The notes under the pieces were generated by a model, which searched no databases, was not told where the DNA came from, and saw nothing but the letters and a program-made list of their open reading frames with translations. The translations under genes and the position numbers were made by a program. From the NCBI GenBank assembly GCA_937917505.1, contig CALDMQ010000063.1, forward strand, positions 1 to 30,356: a stretch of DNA of 30,356 nt, read 5' to 3'. Shown piece by piece: positions 19,975 to 27,522 of this stretch; the stretch's first letter is position 1; the number at the start of each line of letters is the position of its first letter. The DNA comes from an uncultured Erysipelotrichaceae bacterium. GTDB lineage: Bacteria > Bacillota_I > Bacilli_A > Erysipelotrichales > Coprobacillaceae.

Positions 19975-20658
19975 TCAATCATGTTCATCTTTAAACTTCT
20001 TTTTAGCAATAATGCTATAATATTCATTCCAACCAATCACGATGTGATCAATGACATCAATTCCCATCATTTTTCCAAGTTCAATAAATTGATTTGTTAA
20101 ATAAATATCTTCTTGACTAGGTTCACTATCTCCACTAGGGTGATTATGGCATAAAACAATTCTTGCACTACTAACACTGACTGCTTCTTTAAACACTTCC
20201 CTAGGTGTCACTACACTCATATTAAGTGAACCGATAAATAAAGTTTTCTTCTTAATCAAACAATTACGTGTATCCAAACATAAGATTAAAAAGTGTTCTT
20301 GTTTTAAAAACATCAATTCATCTTTAACTGTTAAATATATGTCATAAGGTGTTAATAAAGAATGATGTGTTGATTGTTTTGATTTTAAACGTTTACTCAT
20401 TTCTATAACACTTAGTATTTCAATAGCCTTCGCTTGTTTAATACCTTTTAATGAAATTAATGTTGAATAATCTACATATTGTAATTGATCAAAACCACCA
20501 ATTTCATAAAGCAATCTTTGTGCTAATTGCAAAACAGATTCTTCTTTATTACCTGTTCTTAAAATCAAAGCAAGTAATTCTATATTCGATAATGATTCTA
20601 TACCTTTAGAAAATGCTTTTTCTCTAGGATTTTCTTCGATAGGTAAATGCTTTATCAT
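19975..20658 (-). CDS. radC: RadC/UPF0758 JAB-domain protein
   Basis: PREK...LSNIELLALILRTG, PREVFK, HNHPSGD.EPS.ED and DHIVIG motifs. Confidence 0.95.
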   Translation of the reverse strand: MIKHLPIEENPREKAFSKGIESLSNIELLALILRTGNKEESVLQLAQRLLYEIGGFDQLQYVDYSTLISLKGIKQAKAIEILSVIEMSKRLKSKQSTHHSLLTPYDIYLTVKDELMFLKQEHFLILCLDTRNCLIKKKTLFIGSLNMSVVTPREVFKEAVSVSSARIVLCHNHPSGDSEPSQEDIYLTNQFIELGKMMGIDVIDHIVIGWNEYYSIIAKKKFKDEHD

Positions 20659-20660
20659 GC

Positions 20661-21011
20661 TTAATCTCCTTCACTAAGCAGTTCTAATAATTTTTCTTCT
20701 GTGACGCCTTGGCTAACAGTATATTGTTTCATGATGCCTTTAAGTTCTTGTACTTGTTTTTCGATATCTTTTTGATTATCACTTATATGAGACAAAACAT
20801 AATACTGTCCATCCCTTTCATAAAAATAGCCATTAATTCCATTCTTTTTTAATTCATTCAATCTATTGTTTTTATTTTGCTCTTCTTTATATATACCAAC
20901 TTGATAAACATAATATGTCTTTTGATCAATTGTCAAAATATATGTAAAAGCAATCATAAAAACAAGAGATAAAACAAAACTCATAATCATAACTTTGAAT
21001 TCAAATTTCAT
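20661..21011 (-). CDS. Small membrane-anchored SPOR-domain-like protein (in the position of spoIIB)
   Basis: N-terminal TM helix followed by YYVYQVGIYK...N, resembling the SPOR Y.VQ.G.F...NA pattern. SD GAGGTG; lies between valS and radC. Confidence 0.6.
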   Translation of the reverse strand: MKFEFKVMIMSFVLSLVFMIAFTYILTIDQKTYYVYQVGIYKEEQNKNNRLNELKKNGINGYFYERDGQYYVLSHISDNQKDIEKQVQELKGIMKQYTVSQGVTEEKLLELLSEGD

Positions 21012-21059
21012 AATCTATTCACCTCATACATTCATATGAGGTGAATAGAACAATTATGA
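21008..21059. repeat. Long inverted repeat covering the SD and start codon of the SPOR-like gene
   Basis: Perfect 15-bp arms at 21014-21028 and 21035-21049 around a 6-nt loop, plus outer arms TCATAAT (21008-21014) and ATTATGA (21053-21059). Confidence 0.85.
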
Positions 21060-21063
21060 CAGG

Positions 21064-21228
21064 TTAATTACCCCATTCAATTTTAAGTAATCTTGGAATA
21101 GAAATACGACCTCTTTTTGATTTATAAATCTTGTAAAGTGCTGTACCTAAAATCAAATACAATAAAGCTGTACTTGCTGCAATCCCGCCACATAATTCAT
21201 ATTGTTCTTGTAAAGAGAGTTCTTTCAT
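21064..21228 (-). CDS. 54-aa peptide with a double-glycine-type leader (bacteriocin- or pheromone-like), absent from the ORF track
   Basis: Translates to MKELSLQEQYELCGG-IAASTALLYLILGTALYKIYKSKRGRISIPRLLKIEWGN. SD-like AAAGGA about 9 nt upstream; fills the gap between valS and the SPOR-like gene. Confidence 0.8.
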   Translation of the reverse strand: MKELSLQEQYELCGGIAASTALLYLILGTALYKIYKSKRGRISIPRLLKIEWGN

Positions 21229-21304
21229 ATCATGTCTTCCTTTCTTATTTCATAGCCCTCACTTATATATACGCGAAAAAAAGATAAATTACTTTTAGAA
21301 AATG

Positions 21305-21332
21305 AAAAAAAGGATAAAAAATTTTATCCTTT
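21305..21332 (-). terminator. Intrinsic terminator after valS
   Basis: Minus strand AAAGGATAAAA-TT-TTTTATCCTTT followed by TTT; overlaps the valS stop codon. Confidence 0.6.
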
Positions 21333-22415
21333 CATCTTTTCAATCTTTTCTTGAACACTTTCATACTTAGTTTTATAGTCAGCTAATTTTGCTTTTTCAG
21401 TATCTACTTTTTGTTGAGGGGCTTTAGAAACAAAGTTTGGATTAGAAAGCATACCTTCACAGCGTTTGATTTCTCCTATTAATTTTTGAAGTTCTTCTTC
21501 TAATTTCTTTTGTTCTGCAGACAAATCAATATAATCCCCAAGTTCAATAATTAAAGCTTGTCCACCTTTAATCATTTCAGTTGCAACATTATCAGAAGTT
21601 TCTACATTATATCCAAAACAACGTGCATGACATAATTTATAAATATATGGTGAAAGATTATCTAGTAATGTTGATAATTGTTCATCTTTAGTTTGAATAC
21701 TATAAGCTATCTCAATTGTATTTTTAATCACATAAGTTGCTCTCATATTACGAATACCTTTAATAATATCAAACAAGTAAATAAATTGATCATTAATTGC
21801 TTCATTATTAAATGCAGAATTAACTTCAGGCCACTTAGCAATACAAATAGACTCAGCCTTATGAGGAATAGATTGATAAATTTCTTCTGTCACAAATGGC
21901 ATAAATGGATGCAATAAACGAACAATTGCATTTAACACATAAATAAGTGTATATTGTGTTGCTAGTTTTTCTTGTTCGTTATCACTATTTAAGTGAACCT
22001 TAGACAATTCAATATACCATGAACAGAAATCATCCCAAATGAAATTATATAATTCACTACCCACATTAACGAATTCATATTTTTCCATATTTTCATCTAC
22101 AGATGCAATAACATCATTTAAACGATTTAAAATCCATTGATCTGATAAATTTAAATAATCAAATGATAAATCATCATATGACATTTCTTGGTCAATATTC
22201 ATCAAAACAAAACGTGCACTATTCCAAATTTTATTAATAAAGTTCCAAGATGATTCTAATTTTTCTGGAATATATCTCAAATCCATACCTGGCGCAGAAT
22301 TCGTTGTTAAGAAGAAACGAAGTGTATCTGCCCCATATTGATCAATAACATCCATTGGATCAACACCATTTCCTAAAGATTTAGACATTTTTCTTCCTTG
22401 TTCATCACGAATCAA
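21324..22415 (-). CDS. valS: Valyl-tRNA synthetase, C-terminal part (after the frameshift)
   Basis: KMSKS motif, anticodon-binding domain ([20 protein letters not shown]) and C-terminal coiled coil. Confidence 0.93.
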   Translation of the reverse strand: MIRDEQGRKMSKSLGNGVDPMDVIDQYGADTLRFFLTTNSAPGMDLRYIPEKLESSWNFINKIWNSARFVLMNIDQEMSYDDLSFDYLNLSDQWILNRLNDVIASVDENMEKYEFVNVGSELYNFIWDDFCSWYIELSKVHLNSDNEQEKLATQYTLIYVLNAIVRLLHPFMPFVTEEIYQSIPHKAESICIAKWPEVNSAFNNEAINDQFIYLFDIIKGIRNMRATYVIKNTIEIAYSIQTKDEQLSTLLDNLSPYIYKLCHARCFGYNVETSDNVATEMIKGGQALIIELGDYIDLSAEQKKLEEELQKLIGEIKRCEGMLSNPNFVSKAPQQKVDTEKAKLADYKTKYESVQEKIEKMKG

Positions 22416-23941
22416 ACCATGACATCTTTAAATGGTCTATCTTTTGTAAATTCTAATGATTGGAAAATCATACGAGATACCCAGAAGAAAATAATATCAT
22501 ATCCAGTCACTAATGTATCTGTTGGGAAGTAACGGTTTAATAAAGTACTTTCTTCATCAGGCCAACCCATTGTTGAAAATGGCCATAATGCACTTGAAAA
22601 CCATGTATCTAAAACATCTTCATCTTGTTTCCAGTTTTCTATATCTTCAGGTGCAACTTTACCTACATAAACTTCTCCAGTTTCTTTATGATACCACGCT
22701 GGTACTTGATGTCCCCACCATAACTGACGAGAAATACACCAATCTTCAATATTTTCCATCCATTGTTTAAATGTTTTTTCAAAACGTCCTGGAATAAAAT
22801 TAACTTTAGAATCTTTTAATTGATTTTCTAAGGCAGCATTTGCTAATGGTTTCATTTTAACAAACCATTGCTTAGATAAGTATGGTTCAACAATTGCATC
22901 GCTTCTTTCAGAATGTCCTACTTGATGCACATGTGCTTCTATACGATCAACAACACCATTGTTTTCAAAATCTTTAACTAAAGCTTCACGACAAGCAAAA
23001 CGATCCATACCAGCATATTTATGACACATCTCATTCATCGTTCCATCATCATTCATACATTTAGGCATTGCAAGATTATATTTTTTTGCTAGTGCAAAGT
23101 CATTTGGATCATGTGCAGGTGTACATTTCATAACAGCAGTTCCAAAGCTCATATCAATATAATCATCAGCCATAATTGGTAAAGCTTCACCATTTGCTGG
23201 ATTGATTGCATGTTTTCCTACCAAATGTGTATATCTTTCATCATCAGGATGTACAAATATTGCTTGGTCTGCAAACATTGTTTCAGGACGTGTCGTTGCA
23301 ATAACAAGTGTTTCTCCCGTTTCAACAACTTTATATTTGAAATAATACATATGTCCTTCAATTTCTTTATGAATAACTTCAATATTTGATAAAGCTGTTC
23401 TTTGAACAGGATCCCAGTTAATAATACGTTCTCCTTGATAAATTAAACCTTTTTCATATAAAGCTACAAAAACTGTTTTAACCGCTTCACTTAACCCTTC
23501 ATCAAGAGTAAAACGTTCTTTAGAATAATCTAATGATAAACCAAGTTTTTCCCATTGCGCACGAATAATAGAAGCATATTCTTCTTTCCAAGACCAAGCC
23601 TTTTCTAAGAAACCTTCTCTACCTAAATCATAACGAGAAATACCATCTTCTCTTAATCTCGCTTCAACTTTCGCTTGAGTCGCAATTCCCGCATGATCCA
23701 TTCCAGGTAACCACAATGCATCATAACCTTGCATTCTTTTATAACGAATAATCATATCTTGTAAAGTTGTATCCCAAGCATGACCTAAATGTAATTTACC
23801 AGTTACATTTGGTGGTGGAATCACAATGCTATATGGTTTCTTAGAAATATCACCAGCTTCAAAATATTTCTTATCAATCCAATGTTTGTATTTTCCTTCT
23901 TCAACTTCCTTATGATTATATTTTGTTGCTAGTTCTTTCAT
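22412..23941 (-). CDS. valS: Valyl-tRNA synthetase, N-terminal part (frameshift at 22421/22422)
   Basis: [47 protein letters not shown] and DVLDTWFSS motifs. Confidence 0.93.
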   Translation of the reverse strand: MKELATKYNHKEVEEGKYKHWIDKKYFEAGDISKKPYSIVIPPPNVTGKLHLGHAWDTTLQDMIIRYKRMQGYDALWLPGMDHAGIATQAKVEARLREDGISRYDLGREGFLEKAWSWKEEYASIIRAQWEKLGLSLDYSKERFTLDEGLSEAVKTVFVALYEKGLIYQGERIINWDPVQRTALSNIEVIHKEIEGHMYYFKYKVVETGETLVIATTRPETMFADQAIFVHPDDERYTHLVGKHAINPANGEALPIMADDYIDMSFGTAVMKCTPAHDPNDFALAKKYNLAMPKCMNDDGTMNEMCHKYAGMDRFACREALVKDFENNGVVDRIEAHVHQVGHSERSDAIVEPYLSKQWFVKMKPLANAALENQLKDSKVNFIPGRFEKTFKQWMENIEDWCISRQLWWGHQVPAWYHKETGEVYVGKVAPEDIENWKQDEDVLDTWFSSALWPFSTMGWPDEESTLLNRYFPTDTLVTGYDIIFFWVSRMIFQSLEFTKDRPFKDVMV

Positions 23942-24608
23942 CTACATTTTCCCCCTCATCTAAATCCTCAGGAATATCTTTGTCATAAAAATCTTCTTTA
24001 TTTGCTAAAACAAAGTCAATTAACTTTTCTGATAAATTTGTTGATCCAACTAATGTTACAAATTCATTTGTAAAATCAGAGAAATTATAACGAGAATATT
24101 GTCCCATTTCTGGATCATCTTCATCATCTTCTTCATTATTTTCAATAATTTCTGCAAAACGTCTTGCTGCTTTCATTAAGTCTGCTAATTCATGCGAACC
24201 AACTTTTTCAAAATATGCATCAATATCTTTCACATACGGTTCAGTCACAGGGCTTAAGAAGAAACTATGTAATGATGCATGTGGTCCATCAATTGTTGAT
24301 GTTGCTTGATAAATCCCATAAAGTAATTTTTCACTTTCATTCATGTTCTCAAAATAGTTATCAAAATCATCTTCTTCTTTTCTCATACAATGAAATAATG
24401 CCGCAGATGTAACATCTTCTCTTGGACATGTATCAAAAATTCCCGGCTTTAAATAAGAATATCTTTCTTTCTTTGCATAGTAAGCCAATTCTGCTTCTTT
24501 TCTTTTTTGCTTACCATCACGAACTCTTTTGCCAAAAAAATAACCTAGAAACATAAGAGATACGATTAAAAATAAAACAGCTATCATTTGTCTTGTTTGT
24601 AGACTCAT
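23916..24608 (-). CDS. Uncharacterised membrane-anchored acidic protein, DUF4375/DMP19-like by eye (230 aa)
   Basis: ATG at 24608 with SD AAGGAGG. N-terminal TM helix, basic linker and a helical acidic domain ([12 protein letters not shown]...LHSFF...[16 protein letters not shown]...FVLANKEDF). Overlaps valS by 26 nt. Confidence 0.65.
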   Translation of the reverse strand: MSLQTRQMIAVLFLIVSLMFLGYFFGKRVRDGKQKRKEAELAYYAKKERYSYLKPGIFDTCPREDVTSAALFHCMRKEEDDFDNYFENMNESEKLLYGIYQATSTIDGPHASLHSFFLSPVTEPYVKDIDAYFEKVGSHELADLMKAARRFAEIIENNEEDDEDDPEMGQYSRYNFSDFTNEFVTLVGSTNLSEKLIDFVLANKEDFYDKDIPEDLDEGENVDERTSNKI

Positions 24609-24626
24609 CAATTTTCCTCCTTCAAT

Positions 24627-24840
24627 AAAAAAGAACATTCGCTTAAGGACGAATGTTCGTGGTACCACCTTAATTCATATACGCATGTATATCTCAAAAC
24701 TTTAACGCAGTAATACGTGCTTTCCTACTTAAGTTCAAAAAGCATACTCCAGGGCTACCTTCCACTTCTCTTTCTACTTCTTTTCCACCAACTAGAAGTT
24801 CTCTATAAGAAATACAAAATGTACTCCTCCCCTTCAACGT
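24627..24840 (-). ncRNA. T-box riboswitch with a valine (GUA) specifier
   Basis: Stem I with AGAGA and GGTGGAA motifs, specifier GAAG-GTA (GTA at 24758-24756) and an AGTA box. T-box AAGGTGGTACCACG (24671-24658), then terminator GAACATTCG-N8-CGAATGTTC-TTTTTT. Confidence 0.92.
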
Positions 24841-24846
24841 AAGTAC

Positions 24847-24875
24847 ATCATAGCAAACTCACATTTAAAAGTCAA
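24847..24875 (-). promoter_or_regulatory. sigmaA promoter of the T-box/valS operon
   Basis: TTGACT (24875-24870), 17 bp spacer, TATGAT (24852-24847) with an extended -10 TG. Confidence 0.75.
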
Positions 24876-24883
24876 TCTTAATC

Positions 24884-25795
24884 TTAACAAGTCAATTGAT
24901 TCGTTAACGATTGAATCGAATCTAAATAATAAAGCAAACGTGATAATTTAATAATATTTTCAATTTCATCATCACTATAATAAATCATAGGAACAATATT
25001 CATTAAACAACAAAGTAATACTTTTTCTTCTTGAGTTAATTCTATTTTCTTAAAATAATATTGACTTAAACAATCTAAATCAAATAAGATATCTGGTACT
25101 TTTTGATACATATCAAAAATATCATATAAAGGCATATCTATACAAATATGGTCAAGAGATAAAAAGACTTTTTCTTTTAATGCAATATGATTATAATCAA
25201 AATGTTTGTATGTTAAACAAACACGGATTTGTGTATAATCTTGAGTCATCATCATATATTGATTTAAATATTGTTTTGCCATGCATAAAGCATTATAAAT
25301 ACGATAATAATTCATTATTAATAACCATTGGCTTGGAGAACGATAGACTATCGTCTCATAATTTTGAATCATTTGTGTATAATAAAGTTCTCTTTCTTGA
25401 ATAACATCACAAATATCTTTTTGCAGTTTCATAAAATAATCTTGATTGACTTTTGTATAATAAAAACTTTTTGTGTGTAAAGATGCAAGAGTTTCAAAAT
25501 AAAATTTAATTTTGACTTCTTTCATCATTCCTTGATTGTTATGAACTGCTTCCATAATATAATAATATTTTGATTGATAAGGTGTTGCCCTTGTCCCTTG
25601 TTTATTTTTTAAAACATCTACAAAGATATTTAAGTGTAAGACTTCTATCCATTCATAAATTTTATCAATAGATTGATTTTTAACAATTTTCATATAATAA
25701 ATTCGATTGAAAGTTTTTAATTTATAAACATGTTCATTGACCTTGATGACACCAATCACTTCTAAGCCATAATCATGCATTAGTTGTGTTTTCAT
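24884..25795 (-). CDS. ysxE: YsxE-like spore coat protein (kinase-like fold)
   Basis: N-terminal YGL.V...VYKLKT pattern, LASLH, and degenerate CLTYKHFDYNHI / FLSLDH...D.P.YD motifs. 4-nt overlap with the spoVID-like gene, as in spoVID-ysxE. Confidence 0.65.
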   Translation of the reverse strand: MKTQLMHDYGLEVIGVIKVNEHVYKLKTFNRIYYMKIVKNQSIDKIYEWIEVLHLNIFVDVLKNKQGTRATPYQSKYYYIMEAVHNNQGMMKEVKIKFYFETLASLHTKSFYYTKVNQDYFMKLQKDICDVIQERELYYTQMIQNYETIVYRSPSQWLLIMNYYRIYNALCMAKQYLNQYMMMTQDYTQIRVCLTYKHFDYNHIALKEKVFLSLDHICIDMPLYDIFDMYQKVPDILFDLDCLSQYYFKKIELTQEEKVLLCCLMNIVPMIYYSDDEIENIIKLSRLLYYLDSIQSLTNQLTC

Positions 25796-26466
25796 GAAAA
25801 ATAAGGAATAATCACAATAGTCCCTCTTTCTAATAAACGATCATGATTATATTCTTTGATACGGTACTCGTCAACTTGGTAGTGTTTTGAAATAGATTGA
25901 TAAGTATCACCATCTTGAACAATATATAAATAATAAGTCCCCATATCAGCATTATCAACTTCTTTTTGATGATTTTCTTTTTCTACCTTAGGTTTCTTTT
26001 GTAAAGATTCTTTAAGAATTTCATTTTCAACAACGACTTTTTCTAAACTTTCTTCCCTTAAAAGTTCTTCTACTTGATCAATATAATCATCTTCTGCATG
26101 TTCTTCCTGTTTCACATCTGCAATAACTTCTCTATCCTCATCATCTTTTACACCATAAATACATGCCTGAATAGATAATGCTAAATTCCCATCAACAAAA
26201 CGATAATCAAAATCTTCAACTTTCACAGAAAATTCTTTTTTATCCTCAACTTTAGAATATTGAGCTAAAATATCTAAATCAATACTATCTGAAAATGTCT
26301 TTTTATCACTATCATTTTTATATTCACCATTGATCATAATACAACCATAAGCTCTCATACCTTGATTTTCCATTTTATAGTTAATTGATTCATCAACTGA
26401 AACAGAAATCAATTCTTTTAAACTATGGTTTAAATCAATCATCTTTTTAAAACAAATTTTTTGCAT
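25792..26466 (-). CDS. spoVID: SpoVID-like spore coat morphogenetic protein (N-terminal domain, acidic linker, C-terminal LysM)
   Basis: ELISVSVD...G.I.INGEY...VEDFDY N-terminal pattern and LysM (YIVQDGDTYQSIS..Y.V). ATG at 26466 with SD AGGAGG. Confidence 0.72.
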   Translation of the reverse strand: MQKICFKKMIDLNHSLKELISVSVDESINYKMENQGMRAYGCIMINGEYKNDSDKKTFSDSIDLDILAQYSKVEDKKEFSVKVEDFDYRFVDGNLALSIQACIYGVKDDEDREVIADVKQEEHAEDDYIDQVEELLREESLEKVVVENEILKESLQKKPKVEKENHQKEVDNADMGTYYLYIVQDGDTYQSISKHYQVDEYRIKEYNHDRLLERGTIVIIPYFS

Positions 26467-26489
26467 ATCTTCTTTTCCTCCTATACAAG

Positions 26490-26517
26490 AATATATGCGA
26501 GAAATAAGAGAATATGA
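26490..26517 (-). promoter_or_regulatory. Putative sigmaE promoter of spoVID-ysxE
   Basis: TCATATT (26517-26511), 13 bp spacer, CATATATT (26497-26490); close to the sigmaE consensus. spoVID is sigmaE-dependent in B. subtilis. Confidence 0.7.
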
Positions 26518-26543
26518 AAAAATCAATCTCAAACGAGATTGAT
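26517..26543 (-). terminator. Intrinsic terminator after the PTS EIIB gene
   Basis: Minus strand ATCAATCTC-GTTT-GAGATTGAT followed by TTTTT. Confidence 0.7.
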
Positions 26544-26544
26544 C

Positions 26545-26847
26545 TTATTTATTAATTAATGATAAAGCTTGTTCTAAAACAGCAGCTCCATTCATCATAC
26601 CGTATTCTTTCATACCGATATTATCAACTGGTACACCATTAGCATCTGCTTCAATAGCTTTTTGAGCATAACGCACTTGAGGACCTAATAAAATCACATC
26701 AGCTTTTGATGCATTAGCTTTCACTTCATTAGCTCCTACAGCCCAAATATCTGTTTGAATCCCCTTTTCTTGTCCAGCTTTCTTCATTTTTTCAACCAAT
26801 AAACTTGTTGACATACCAGAAGCACAGCACAACATAATTCTAATCAT
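26545..26847 (-). CDS. PTS EIIB subunit, lactose/cellobiose family
   Basis: IMLCCASGMSTSLLV phospho-Cys loop, DVILLGPQVRY and YGMMNG motifs. Confidence 0.93.
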   Translation of the reverse strand: MIRIMLCCASGMSTSLLVEKMKKAGQEKGIQTDIWAVGANEVKANASKADVILLGPQVRYAQKAIEADANGVPVDNIGMKEYGMMNGAAVLEQALSLINK

Positions 26848-26884
26848 TTCAAATCCCCCTATTCATTTATATAAACTTTTGATT

Positions 26885-27481
26885 TTAAATATCTTGAAAA
26901 CACAATTTAAATATTGCATTCCAAACCTCGTCTATTCCTTTACCATTTAAACTAGAAAATCTTACAAACTGATCATTCTTATCAAATTGTAAAGTTTCTT
27001 TAATCATTTTTTCATTCTTTTGTAAATCATTACGCTTTAATTTATCTTCTTTTGTTGCAACAACAATAACAGGAATATCATAATACTTCGCATAAGCATA
27101 CATTTCTTTATCATCACGTGTTGGTTTATGACGATAGTCCACAATCAAAACAAGTCCTTTTAAATTATCTCTTTGACTTAAATATGTATCAATCATATCA
27201 CCAAAGCTTTCTTTGATTTTATCATTAACTTTCGCATAACCATATCCTGGAACATCAACTAATCTTAATTCATCATTAATATTAAAGAAATTAAGCGTCC
27301 TTGTTTTTCCAGGTGTACCCGATACTTTTGCAAGTTTCTTACGACCTGTAATTGTATTAATTAAACTTGATTTCCCAACATTACTACGTCCTGCCATACA
27401 GATTTCAGGTAATGTATTATCAGGCCATTGTGATTTCCATGCTGCACAAAGCATAAAATCCGCCTTATTGACTTTATACAT
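26885..27481 (-). CDS. engB: Ribosome biogenesis GTPase EngB (YsxC/YihA)
   Basis: GRSNVGKSS, PGKTRTLNFF, DVPGYG and TKEDK motifs. ATG at 27481 with SD AGGAGG. Confidence 0.96.
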   Translation of the reverse strand: MYKVNKADFMLCAAWKSQWPDNTLPEICMAGRSNVGKSSLINTITGRKKLAKVSGTPGKTRTLNFFNINDELRLVDVPGYGYAKVNDKIKESFGDMIDTYLSQRDNLKGLVLIVDYRHKPTRDDKEMYAYAKYYDIPVIVVATKEDKLKRNDLQKNEKMIKETLQFDKNDQFVRFSSLNGKGIDEVWNAIFKLCFQDI

Positions 27482-27494
27482 AATATCTCCTCCT

Positions 27495-27522
27495 AAAAAT
27501 AGAGTCATAATATGACTCTATT
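27495..27522 (-). terminator. Terminator-like hairpin between lon and engB
   Basis: 12-bp inverted repeat AATAGAGTCATA-T-TATGACTCTATT followed by TTT, directly before the engB SD. Confidence 0.5.
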
